IMG/VR virus record: IMGVR_UViG_3300027644_000013
Location: 1 to 59,554 of that record
Length of the DNA: 59,554 nt
Strand: one strand, 5' to 3'
Source of the DNA: a virus
Lineage: Duplodnaviria > Caudoviricetes
Shown: in pieces, positions 8,612 through 22,000 of the stretch
Position numbering within the stretch: the first letter of the stretch is position 1
How the letters are laid out: each line of letters starts with the position of its first letter
Program-made: the position numbers and the translations under genes
The notes under the pieces: model-generated
Told to the model about the DNA's origin: nothing
Databases searched by the model: none
What the model saw: the letters and a program-made list of their open reading frames with translations, nothing else

Positions 8612-10084
8612 ATGGCCCTACAAGATTTAACTGGAAACTATAGGAACAAAGAATTCAAGGGTGGCGTCGGTGGCGGTGCTTCCCCTGCCGTTTACGGCGG
8701 TCCCGAGCCAGTAGATTATGGTGAAAACGTTTCCGCCGAGACCCTACAAGCGGCGGTTATGGGCATTTACGAAAAGTACGGACGCTCGGCCAAGGGAATT
8801 AGAATGGCAAAAGCCAGCCCAGAATATGCGGCACTTCAAGGTGCTGGAATCAGCGTATTTGGAAACCCGACAGCAAAGATCGGAGCTGACGGAAAACTTA
8901 CTGGCGGATCAATGAGCATTTCGGGGGCGTCCGAAGAGATGAAGAAAAAAGCGGGATCTCAGTATGCGGCACTTGAAGGCGGATCTCGAGGAAGGACTGC
9001 TCGCACTCCCTCCACTTCATTAACTGATTCAGTCAACGGAGGAGCAGAAGTAACGCCCCCTGCTCCAGCCCAAAACAAGCCACGAGTCCCAGAGTCCACA
9101 GCTCAAACAGCTCAAAGCACCACAATGGATGCGGTTAACCCTCCCGCAACTCCCGCGAATCCCATAATGGGGCAAGCCTTAATGGGGCCGAACCAACAAA
9201 ACTTCTTAAATACAACGACCGCGACTCCAGCGACGGAGACCCCGAAAGTCAAGCCAACCAAAACTCCAGTAAAGGAAACTTCAAAAGGGCCAAGGCTGGA
9301 CACCTTCCGAGACGTCAACCCAAATCCTACTGGTGGCCCTGCCAGCAAGGGAGTGACCTACCGAGGGCCTACAACTGGATATGGAGATTTCGGGCCAGCC
9401 AATCCGAATGCTGGCTCGTACAAAGGCGGGCAAGAAGCAAGAGCGGCCGCAGACACAAGAGCCAGCTCGTTTATGTCCCCACAAGCGCAGATGCAGAGGG
9501 CTAACGACTACCGCAAACAACAAGGAATGGATAAAGTGGATTTTGCGGGGCAAGAGCCAAATTATGACCAAGCTGGAATTAACGAAACAAATGCAAGACA
9601 GGCTACCGCCAATACCGCAATGTCTCGCACTCGAGATGCGGAAGATCGCATGGCTCTTGCAGGAGAACGAAACAAAGCTCAAGACGACAGGGAAAAGATC
9701 AAAAAAGGCTTTAACGAACAGTCTCAGTTGCTGGCAAGCAATAGGCAGGCAAGCGAAAAGACGTTTGGCAATCCTTACGGCCCAGACGGCGGAGAATCCT
9801 TCCGACAAAAGGAAAAATCACCAGAACTTGCTCCATTGGGAGGCTATGACATGCTTGGCAGAGGCTACAAAGAGGGCATGGCTGTCGGCCCAATGACAAA
9901 TAAGCCAGCAAGCTCGCAAGCCGAGTATGACCAAAGAATGAAGGCTTTTGATGAAGCGGGAGTAAAGCAACGTGAAGACAATAAGAGAAGTGCGGAGGCT
10001 ATTGGGCAAAGAAAGAAGCAAGCAAATTTAGACGAACTGAACAAAAAGTATGCTGGTCCTGGCCCATTCCCTAGGAAAGCGTAG
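8612..10084 (+). CDS. Low-complexity protein, putative internal virion/ejection protein
   Basis: G/A/P/Q-rich, disordered, directly upstream of the giant protein. Confidence 0.6.
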   Translation: MALQDLTGNYRNKEFKGGVGGGASPAVYGGPEPVDYGENVSAETLQAAVMGIYEKYGRSAKGIRMAKASPEYAALQGAGISVFGNPTAKIGADGKLTGGSMSISGASEEMKKKAGSQYAALEGGSRGRTARTPSTSLTDSVNGGAEVTPPAPAQNKPRVPESTAQTAQSTTMDAVNPPATPANPIMGQALMGPNQQNFLNTTTATPATETPKVKPTKTPVKETSKGPRLDTFRDVNPNPTGGPASKGVTYRGPTTGYGDFGPANPNAGSYKGGQEARAAADTRASSFMSPQAQMQRANDYRKQQGMDKVDFAGQEPNYDQAGINETNARQATANTAMSRTRDAEDRMALAGERNKAQDDREKIKKGFNEQSQLLASNRQASEKTFGNPYGPDGGESFRQKEKSPELAPLGGYDMLGRGYKEGMAVGPMTNKPASSQAEYDQRMKAFDEAGVKQREDNKRSAEAIGQRKKQANLDELNKKYAGPGPFPRKA

Positions 10085-10086
10085 CA

Positions 10087-13000
10087 ATGGGATTGCCCAG
10101 CGAGCTGAATCCCTCGGTACGCCCTAACCGCATCCAAGGAACTGCTTTTGCTGGCCCCGAACCAGACGAAGCAGACAAATTGTTGGCTCGGGTTCGCCAG
10201 AAGCGACAAGAGGAACAAGAAGCAAAAAACCAAAAGCCCGCCCCTGCCCCGACATACATTTCAAGAAGCGATGCCAACAAACTCAACCAGATCGCTAAAC
10301 AAGAAGCGAAGGCCTCGGAAGATCGCTCCAACGCCCAGACCGAACGCACCCTAGATACCGCTGGCGTAAGACATCGACAAGTAGCTGGTGGAGGAGTTGA
10401 GCCAAAGGTTACGTCCGATAACAAAGGAATGCCGACTCTGGAATGGGGATCTGGGGAAACTCCAAACGAATTAGGCGGGACGACTAAATACGACGAGTTT
10501 GGAAGCCCAATCAATAAGCCCGAAGTTCCAGTCCAAATTAAGACAGGGAATAAAGATTACGGCGAAGATCCAAACGCAATCTACCGAGTCCCCATGGGCA
10601 AACAAGTGGAGGGAGCAACCCCAGAGCGTGACGCAACCCGCAAATCCAAGAGGATCGGAAGTATCGATGAATTGGTAGACTCGGATGACGAGGCCATTCG
10701 CACGATTGCTAGGGATGAGAGAACAGGCAGAGACAACAAGATTTACGGCGAGGCATTCAGAGGCCTAAAGGCAACCGAGGACGAACTAAGGGCAGGCATT
10801 GGAGATCTTAAAAGCCAGATGGAGACAGCGAAAAACAGCCCGCCGCCTCCCATATCCGAGAAAGCAACCGATGAGGAAAGGGCTGAATACGCCAAAAAAA
10901 TAGCGGATGAAGAACTAGCCCGCACAAAGGAGTTAAATGAAAAAGAATCGCAACTCGCGAAACACAAAATGCTCCAAGCGGAACTTGCGAAGCAAAAAGA
11001 AAAAGAAGCAACCTTCAATGCCCTCATGCAAAGAGGTCAAGACGTTCGCAAGCAAGGCATTGTCAAAGCTGACGGCACCAAGTCAAACGACCCCAAGGAT
11101 GATCCGATATATAGAGAGCTACAAAAGTCAGCATCGTCCCTCAATTTAGGAAATCTCGACCCAGACGCCCCTGCCCTTCCCAAGGCTCTCGAGGGCATGA
11201 TCCCATCCGTAGTTAACGGAATGATGATTGGCCTACCAGAATCCGAAGAAGCAAAAGGAGTACGGAAAGAGGCGGAACAAGCCAAGAAATCAGTCGATGC
11301 AAATCTCGAGAACCGCAAACAGAAGCTTGCCGAATACACCGACGAAATTAAAAAGCCCGCCGTCAACGCTAGGGCTGTATGGACTCTGTTGCGGAAAAAG
11401 ACAGATCTAGCCATCGCCCAGCACAACTCCCTAATCGAGTCGGGTGCTTCACAAGATGAAATTGACGCATCCAGCAGGGCTATTGATGTCCTTGAGGCCG
11501 ACCTCAAAGGAAAATTGCCAAGCGTCATTATGAGCAACCAGTCCCTCGAATCAGCCCAGTCTCTCGAAAAAGATGCTATTGAAAGTGCCAAACAAGAGGC
11601 TGAAAGCCAAAAGGCCAAGGTTGACTATGAGGCCAACAAGACCGCTGGAGCTGTTAATCAGAGGAAATACCTAACTGGCGAAGCAGTAAAGCCAAAGCCA
11701 GCGAATATCAGTCCAGAAGCTCCAACGGACTCGCTGATGGACATGGCAAAGAACAAAGAGATCCCCACTAGAGTTGCCATCGAGGCCAGCAAGGAGATCA
11801 AGGCAAAGCAAAAAGAGGCAAGCAAGTACAAGGACTCCGACTTTTATCCAGATGTATTGAACACCATCAAGCAAGCGATCAAGGGATCTATTCGATTCAA
11901 CCAAGACCAAGCCAGCGGGTTCTACGCATTAGTCGGACGCCAGCTCGGAGGTAGCGGTGGAGAGTTCTTCCTTAACGCATCTCAAGCGGCCAAAGAGAAT
12001 CGGGATTGGTTCGACCAGACATTCCCTACTGATGACGATTTTAACGCAAGCATAGTTGGCGGTGTCATTAAGGGCATTTCAGAGCTTCCAGCCCAGATGA
12101 TGACGTATGCGGCCGCCGCTCCGCTTGGCGGAGTAGGATCTGTGGCCGTTGGGTATCTGGGGAATGTTTCCTCTCTTTATGCCGAGGCACTCGCTGACCA
12201 AGAAGAAGCCCAGAAAAAGACTGGAATAGCATTAACCCCTAGCCAGAGCCACGTCGCCGCCTTGATGTACGCCCTGCCCTCTGCGGGGATTGATACAATT
12301 TCAGACAAATTAACATTGGGCTTGGGCAAGAAGCTCGGCCTAACGAAGCTCCCAGCGGCCCAAGCTAGAAACCTTTTAGCCAAATATACCTTGGCGGGGG
12401 CAAAGTATCTGTGGCCGTCAGTTAAGGGTGGTGCTGTAGAAGGCGTTACCGAAGGACTCCAGCAAAGGTGGCTCAATCAAATAGCCAAGGAGATTGCCGA
12501 CTACGACCCAGCCAGAGATCCAAACGGCGAAGTGGCACGGAGCATTATTATCGCCGCAATTACTGGAGGTTTCGCAGTTCAAGCAACAGCGGGTGGAGAG
12601 AAGGTTGTAAGGTTTGCAGATGAATACATCGCAAAGATCGGTGCAACTGATGAGGCACAAGAAGGGGCATCATTTGAGCTTCAAAAAGCCACGACAGACA
12701 TTGAACCAGGAGGATGGGAGGCTTGGACAAACAGCCAAGGATTTGGATCCCCTTCTGATGTTGTCCTCAACGCAAGGCCATTAGCTGAGAGCGAACCAGA
12801 ACCAGAAGCCCTCAAGCCCGCAAACAGGCTTATCAATATCGGCAACAAGCTGGATTCGCTCAAGGAGAACGCCGACGAGATGGAGTACTTCGCAGTAAGA
12901 GCGCACGTTGCTGAAACAATCTCTGCATTGGCAAAAGCCCAAAACAACACTCGTAATGAGATCAGCCAGCTATCTGACGTCCCTGCATCCAAAAGTGAAT

Positions 13001-16000
13001 TGAGCCAGAGAGAGGCGGCAAAAGCGGCCTCCTACATCATTACTGGAGGCCAGATAACCGAGGAGATGGGGTCTTACAAGATCAAGGGAATGCCGATCTT
13101 CCAGACACGAGAAGACGGAGCGACGATCCTAAATCCAAGTTTTGCCGAAGATTTCTTTAAGAACGTCCCCTCAATCGTCGATTACGAAAACATCAAGAGC
13201 ATAATCCCCGCCATTGAGGCAAGGGTTGAAGCACTTGGGATGCCAGCTACGGAAGGATCCTCAGACGAACCAGAAAAGGTTGAGAAGCCCCTTCTCGAAA
13301 ACACTCCAACTAAGCTACTCCAAAGGGTTGGCAACAAACTGGCTGGCACAACATCAAACGAAAGAATGCAGTCTGCCAAAGAGAAAACCGCTGAACTTGC
13401 TAAAGGCTTATCGGTGGACGGAATTAAGGTCGGGTACGAGGAAGGTGCAATCACAGGGCAAGTATCCGCAATGCAAGTCACCCCCAATGAAGACGGATCT
13501 CTCACACTAAGATTAGATCCAAATCAGTTTGCCCTACAGGATTCCATAGACCCAGAGGTGAACAACAGGGCTTTTGGCGAGGAGATCCTACACGTTGGGG
13601 ACTTCGCCTCTGCCTACATTGAGGCAAAAGCCCTCGGCCTAAAACCAGAGGAATACCAACCCTATCACGCAAAACGAAGGGGCGAACTTTTTAACAAGAT
13701 TTTGGAGGTAGGCAAAAGTGACACAAATGTAGCAACTGCGCTCGTCTCCTCCATTTCCTTATACGACCCAAATATGCCGACCTCTATGAGCATGGAGGAA
13801 ATATCGGACTACGTCGGTGGAAGCACGGCAAGGACTGTGCAAGTGATGGGCGAGATGCTCCGTCAGCTAGGCCAGATCGAAGGCAAGTCTGGGCTTACCG
13901 AAAGCAGAATCGATTTAAGGCTTTCAGCCCAAGGCAAAGACACAACCACGATGGAGAAGGTAACAACTGGAGAGAGCATTCGAGATCTAATCAATTCCAT
14001 CAAGAAGTACATCATGTCGGTGTACAAAGCCTTGAGTCGGATGCGTAAGGCTCTTTCTAGCGCAAACCCCCAAGTCGGAGCAGAGCTGGATGATACCCTA
14101 AACAAGATACAAGATGTTCTTAAAGGCAAGAAGGTGGACTGGACTGGACTTGGAGTTCCATCCGCATCGGTTACAGGGCAAAGGTCTGGTGGCCTAGTTC
14201 AACCCAACCTTCCCTCGACTGGAGCAAATCCTAGACCTACAACAGCCCCTGCCCCAGAGCCTCCCGCACCTCCCGCACCTCCCGCACCTCCCGCACCTCC
14301 AGCTCCCCCAGCTCCGCCCGCTCCGCCAGCTCCGCCCGCTCCGCCTGTCCCCCCAGCCCCAACTACAAATGGACTACCAAAACTCCCAAGCTACCTAGCG
14401 GGAGCAAAACCCCGCTATGGGATCGGATCTAATCTATTTCAACTGAGCTTTAACAACGATATCGACAAGGCTCTTTATATCATCGCCCAGCGTAATCCGA
14501 GCCAAAGAGACGCCGATTATTTGAAGTTCGTTATGGATGCGACAGGCATGAATGAAGCCGAAGCAAGACAAGCTGGACAAGATTTTCGTGGGGTAATCAA
14601 AAGCAACGTAATGGATGTGTTGCTGAATCCAGAAAGTGAACATTTCTTGGACGAAAACGGAGCAGTAATCATAGATCCATCAGAAGTGGCAAAGAAGATG
14701 ATGGGCGAAAACAAGCTCGCACCGACACCCAAGAAGAATACGATCAAGGCATTCACGCAGGGCTTTACTGGGTCAACAGTTATCGGGACGCCCAAAATCA
14801 TCGAGGCCACCGAGGCCAAGGACATGGAAGGCACGGACATCCAGCCAAGAAACCGAAAAGATCGAAAGGCGTACAAAGAACTTATCGAAACAATGGCTCG
14901 CAACTGGGATCCAGACAAAGCGATGCCAGGGACTTCAACTGGAGACGGCGCACCCATCCTTACTGCTGAAAACAAAATCGTAAGCGGTCACGGACGAATC
15001 AAGGCAATGATTGAAATGTTCCGTCGCTACCCAGAGCGGGCGGCCGCCTATCGAGCCAAGCTGATGGAGGTTTTCCCAGAAATGGCAGACCAGATCAGAA
15101 ATATGAAGATGCCGATTGTGATTACGGAGATGGATCTAATGGCGAGCTTTGAAGAGTCCAACAAGACGGCAACTGGGTTGGGCGTCAACAAAACGCCAGA
15201 GCAGTTCTTGAGGCGACTAGCCGTAAGGGCAAACGCTGGAACTTTAGCCACAGAGGAGCTTGCGGTTGCGGATGCTCGTGAAATACAGGACAACCCAGAA
15301 CTCCGAGATATCAAGCAAAACGAAAACGGAGATCTATCGGAAACCCCCGATAATGTGGCGATTCAGCAGAAGTTCTTTGAGATATTCGGATCACCACAGC
15401 AGTACAGGAACAACGACGAGACCTTCACAAAGTCCTTCAAGGATCGAGTAACCTCTGCCCTTCTCGCTGATGCGATTGCCAGCTCCAATAACGGCAAGAT
15501 TACAGACTCCGAAAAGATCATCATTTCCGCCATTACCGACCCAGAGAACAGCAACGCTGGGGTAAAGACTTTGGCCGCCGCCCTAACGAAATCAGTTACC
15601 CGACTTGTTTCATTACGGCAGATAGCCACAGAGGTTCTGGGTGCAGAAAAAGCATCCCAGCTCGACCCGCTTGTTCCGATTGCCAAGTCACTACAGGCCT
15701 ACCTAGAAGCCAAGAGGTCTGGCGGAGAAAACACTCCAAAAGATTGGCAGTCGTTCGTTGAGAACAATCGAAGCCAGATCCCTGGACTTGCGGAAAATAT
15801 CCTCGACCAGACTTCCGCCGATGTCTTCCAGCCTATTTACGATTTCAGAGATTCCAGCGCAAAGCTCTCCAGCTACTTAAACAATCTGGCGGCAGAGCTG
15901 GAAGCCAAGATCCAAGACCTCAAGGACATGGGCGGTACGGACATATTTGGCGAACCTGTACCCATTGCATCAGAAGAAACATTTGGACAAACAATTCAAA

Positions 16001-19000
16001 GTGCCGCCCAGAAGGCAGTCGAGAAGACCCTCGCTAAAACCAGATTAAGCTCCAGAGGCCTCCCTGCCCCAGATCCTCGTGAAGAGCAGATCGACAAAGA
16101 CCAAGAAAAGTCCGATCTACAAGAGAGTTGGAATCCAATAGGAGAAGAAGAATCCAAGAAGATAGATGGCTACTACTCTTTAGGCCTATCATCCCCCGCC
16201 AACCTCGCACCAGAACAGCGTTTTGCGTTTGACGAGCTTGTTAAAGAAGTCGGCCCAATCCCGCAGTACGTCTCAAAGACTTTGGGAATTCCTTTAGACA
16301 AGATTTTCAAACGGGATGACGGCGAGGAACGGCTTTCAGCAGAAGCCTTAGAGACCATCGCCCTTGCCATCAATCAGATTGATAAAGGCAAAAGCGTTAT
16401 TATTGGACACGAGATGGGCGTTGGTAAGGGTCGCCCAGTAGGGGCGCTTATCTTTACTTACGCCGCAAAGAAGGGCCTTATCCCAGTTTTTGTGACTAAA
16501 TCAGAGCCTCTGTATGTAGCAATGATGGACGATATTGAGGACGTCGGATTTGAAGGGCAGATCAAGCCTCTCATCACAAATAACAACTGGAGTTCGATGC
16601 GTAGCAAGGGTCGCCCAGTTACGATGAAGAACCCGATCCAGAAGCTCCGACTTGCCGCACAGAGCGGGAAATTGCCCAGCGAACATAACGCAATCTTTAC
16701 TACCTACGCCCAGATCAGCTCTTCAGCCAAAAAGGATGTTATCCCCGCCCTTAATGCAATCGCAGACAGAGCAATCTTCATTCTCGACGAAAGCCATACT
16801 GCGGCGGGAACAGACAGCTCTATCGGCGAATTCTTTAGAAGTGTAATTCCGAGATCACGAGGAGCGGTGTTCTCTTCGGCAACGGCTATCAAAAGCCCCG
16901 CCAACATCGCCACCTACTTCCCCAAGACCAGCATCCCAATGGCTGTACCTACCGCAAGCGAGTTTGAGAGACTCGCCAAGCGGTTCGGCAATCCATTTAT
17001 GCAGATGACCAGCAGTATGCTGGCTCGGGCTGGGCAGATGTTCCGACTCCAGAGTGGATTTACTTGGAAGGGACAGAAGATCCCCTTCATTCCAACACCA
17101 ATCAAAGCCAAGCAAGAGGTCATTGATGCCCATAACGCCGCAAATGAAATCCTCGGCGAAATGAGGCAGATCGAGATCGGCGAAAAGATGAAGAAGTTGA
17201 CCGAACAGCTTGTAGTAGATGCACAGGAAGAATATGAAGGCACGACAGCAAAAGCTCTTATCTATCCTCTTTCTGGGCAATTCCATAATGTCGCCGCCAA
17301 TATGGTTCTAGGGGCAAAAATCATGGACACAGCAGACCTAGCCGAAGCCGAGATCAAAGCAGGGCGGAAGGCTTTCATATCACTAGATACCACAGGAGAG
17401 ACATTCCTTCGTGATGCCAGAGAGATTATGGAGGGCGGAACCCTTCAAAACTACGACAAGAAATCCAAGGTCACGTTTAAGGACTTCATGGAGCGGTACG
17501 CAAGGAAGCTCAACACAAACAAGGTCAAGATCGAGCCAGCGGATGAAAAGAGCAATGCCCCAGCCCTTGAATTCACGATTGATTGGAACAAGACCAACGG
17601 CAAGTCCAGAATTCCTAGCTGGGTAAGCCAAAAGTCCATCGAGCTTCACGACTCCTTAATGGAGACTGGCTTCAAGGATCTAGCCCTAATCATCAAAGAC
17701 AACGCCGAGACCCTCAATAAGCTCCCGATCAGCCCATTTGATGCCTTGCGTGCAGAACTACAGAGACGGCAAATCTTGAGTGGCGAAATATCGGGTCGAG
17801 ACATTGTAGTCACCCCGTCTGGCGAATTTGCCCAGAGATCTATGACCGACCAAGACAAGCAGAATGCTTTGCTAGGATTTAGGAATAGCGAAAACCTCAG
17901 AGCCTTGGTAGTTGGGCGTCCAGCATCAACAGGGATGTCGGCTCAAGACGATCCCAGAAATAAAGTTGCGGCTCCAAGAACCCACATCGTTATGCAACCA
18001 GCGGCCGACATTACGGATACGCTTCAAATGCTTGGCAGAACAAACCGCAACAGCCAGCAGAGCCTCCCGAAGCTCATCTACATCTATAGCGAAGACATCC
18101 CTGCCGAAGCTCGGATCATGGCGATGACCCAGAAGAAGATGCGCCGTCTTGGTGCGTCCACGACTGGTAAAGACGCAACGGCCGCTGGCGAAAACCTTGG
18201 GCTGGATATGCTCAATACCTACGGAGACAACGCCGTAGCCCTTGTGCTGGCGAACGAGCCAGAGCTACGAACGGCTTATAACACCAGAGCTGGGACGAAC
18301 TTCCCCGAGAAGTTTGAGGATATCCGAAGGATCCTAACTTCTGGTGAGCCAGGGGATGGAATGCGGAGGATGATTCACAAGGCATTGATCTTGGATATCG
18401 AGGATCAGAGGCATTTCTTCGAGGAAATCACAGCCGAGTACGTTGCGATGGTCGACTTCGCCAAGCAGAACGGAACCTACGAGCTGGAATCACAAGAAAA
18501 AGATTACAAGGCCGAGAAGTTGTCCGACGAAAAGGCTTGGGATGCGTATGGAGTGGCGAGTTCGGACAAAACATTGCCACCAAAGAATGCAGACAAGTTT
18601 TACTTCTACTTAAACAAGGGGGACGATTTTGATTTGGGGGAAATCAACTCAGTGGGGCCTGTAACCCTAAGAGAGCTGGCTAAACGACAACTTGAGAGCG
18701 GCGAATCTCTTGAAGGAATAACGAAGGACACGATTGTCTCAAGCAATGAAAACATGGACTCATGGACACCGCTCAACGAGTTTCTTAGGGATAATCCAAG
18801 CGCGAATGAAGAGAAGTCTGGTGAAGACGCATTTGCCAAGCCCGCCCGCATCGCCAAATACCGATTCAATAACCCGACCCCTCCTCCGACCTCGGCAGAG
18901 GTAATCCCGACCCTCGAACAGGCCAAACAACAGGCCGAAACAGCCGTATCAGACTTCTTAAAAGCCAGCGACTCTGTCCTAAAGGACAAGCTGGCCCGTA

Positions 19001-22000
19001 TTTCAAGCAACCCACGGATGGAGCAACTGGCGAAGGTAAGGGCTTTGGAGAAATCTCGGAAGCAGTACGCCCAGACCAAGAACAATGTGGAACGAGCCTT
19101 AGACCTAGTCGGCAAGGGAGCTTGGTTTGGCAAAGATACAAAGCAGATCCCTGCCTATGTCGTAGGTGTTGAGCTAAACAACCGCTTCCCTCACGCCGAA
19201 AGTCGGCAGTACCTAGTCATCCAAACCTCTGGGTTCGAGAACAAGATCCGAATCCCTCTACAGGCATCGGAACTCGCTCACGTCAATCCCTTCAAGATTT
19301 CTTTAGACAAATCACCCATTGGCGAAAACGAAGCCCCTACTCGCGACCCAAGCGTAGACCCACTAAGTTTGCCAGTTGGCATTTATCGCAACACGGACGG
19401 ATCTGGTCTGGTCGTTTTTATGCGCGGGTCTCGCCGTGTAGACGTGGACAATCTTCCCCCAGAACAACTGCGAGAGGTTAATGCAGTTGCATACGAGATG
19501 GCGGTTCAGATGCACGAGAGCGGAATGGAAGAATCTGAGATCGAGAACCGAGTATTCAACGAGGCAATCAACAAGGTGCTTACTACTGGAGATAACGCCT
19601 TAGATCCAGATTCTTGGAATAGATACGTTGAGGAAAAGATGCCTGAAAGCCGTAAGGGTGACGGATTCGGCAAGACCTACGATAGATCAAGGCAGAATGC
19701 GACCCAGAGAGACCAGTTTGTGGTCGAGGGCAATCTCCTCACAGGGGCGAATTTCGTTTCCTCTATGTTCGGGGCTAATGTCCCAGCGGCGGTCACCACC
19801 TTCACAACCAAGGATGGTGGCAAGACAACTGGCGTAGTGATGCCCGCTGGGGTCAACTCCGACAACCTAATAAACCTCAAGGCAGAAGTAGCTAAAGGCC
19901 AAGGATCCCTGCTTGGCCCTGTCGGCAAGGTAATGGACAACATTATCGACGAGGAAGGCAGACCTCGGTCTGTAGTGTTCAGCGATGGGTCAATGATCTC
20001 TGGGCAAAGCCTCTACATCCCAGACAAAGCATTCCTCGATGACAAGAATGAGGGTTACAGGAAAGAGGCATTAGACAACAGCAACGCCATCGCAACGATG
20101 ATCGTGGCTAAAATCAATCAAGGACATGATGCTTGGATGTATCGAGGACCAAAGAATGGGTTCTCGCTACGCTCAAGGGGTCTACGTCGTGAGGCTGGTC
20201 AAGGCCGAGCCAAAGAACAAATAGTCGAAGGATTCTTGACCGACGATAACGCAAAAGACTTCGCACCAGAGGGAGTCATCGGAAGAAACATTCGCTACAA
20301 GGCGATGAAGGCATCGGATGACGGATGGCTTGAGGCTGGAAACTTAGGCGAGGACGAGATCTACGAGAACCTATACGACTACGCAATCGCCCTACAGGCA
20401 CAGATTAACGAGCGTCACGGCCAAAACACCAAGGGCGAACTGATCGAGAACGTCCCTAACTTCATCCTGTCTGCCGTAGATAACCGCATTAAGCAGATGC
20501 AAGAAGAGGCCAAGAGCCGTGAGACAATCTCTAAAGATGCTCCGATAAGCGGGACATTCAACGAAGAGGGCGATGTCGAACAAGAAGAAGCCTCGGTGGG
20601 CGATTACATGGCTCAGAAAGAAGCTCCAGAATCCAACAAGGAACTCTACGACAAGCTCGAAAAGGTACTGGCCTCGCTGGCCGATTCCGACAGGAAGATC
20701 TTTATGATGTATGTCAGCGGGGCGAGCTATCAGCAGATCTCCGAGACCCCCGAAGCCTACAAATCTAGGAACGTGGGCAACCTCATTGGCGAAGTCGCTC
20801 CAGACAGATCTTGGACGTTTAAGCATATCCAAAGCCTCAAAGGCCAGCTCGCCAAGTATGCAAATTTCCTAGGGATCGAAGCTCCCAACGCAAAAGAAGA
20901 GCCTACCGAAGCCAGCCCGATGGAAGGCTTTAAGGCTATTGAAGAAAGCAAGGGTCAGATGACCCTGTTCTCTCGCGGTCTGGTGAGCTACTTGGACAAG
21001 AACGCTGGAAATAGCGTCCTGTTTAGGGATCTCCTCACAGCCGTTGCGAACGAGCCAGACGCACTACCAAGCCAGAGAGCCTTGGCTAAACTGCTTACTA
21101 CGCCAAACACCAAGCAAAGCATGATGACCGCTGGGCTATATGTGCCAGCCGAAATCAATCCAGATCCGAGCTTTGTAAGGTCGTACTACAAGCCAGCTAA
21201 AGAAGGCAACGGAATGGTTGTGTTGAGTCTTAATGGGATCAAAAACAGCGGTGAACCGATTGAAACAACGATTCACGAATACAAGCACGTTCTGACTCAC
21301 AACCTTTTAGTCAAAGAAGGAATCGGCACAGCCACAGGCAAGAAGGAGCTGGATAGACTTGTCGAGTACGCAAACCGCCCAGATATCGAGATGGATGCAG
21401 AAGGTAATCCCCTGCCCTTGGCAAGCGGAAGCAAGGGCGGATACAAACCACTCAAAGCTCTGATTAAGGCCTATTTGGCGGCCGTCAACGCATCCAAAGA
21501 TAACGCTGGCAACCCTGTGGCAGACGCTGTTTTCGGGACTGGATTGGCATCTACCTACGATGTGACCCTGCACATGGCCCCATACGAATGGGCTATTGGA
21601 CAGGATGGGATCCACATGAAAGCCGAGATCACCAGCGAGAACACCTTCCCTCTCCTCAAGTACCTCAAAAATCGAGGGCTGGAAGGAACTCGCCCAATGG
21701 GCAGAAACTCTGGAATGAGCCTTGTCGCCTCGAAGGGATCTCCAGATTTTGTGTTTTTGAACCAGACGGATGAAGAGGCATTGGGCGGAATGGAAACAAG
21801 CGGAGTGCAAAACACGACCCTTGTTCTAACCCCAAGCGGTATTGAGAAACTCCGCCAGCAAGACCTAGAACCCCTCTTCTACGCATCCTACAAGGTTCGT
21901 GCGACAGCCCCGATGTTCCGAACAAAGGTCACAGACATCCAGACTGACCCGCAGAAGGTTCGCTCGATCTACTACGGCCTTGGAAACATTCACGAATTCG

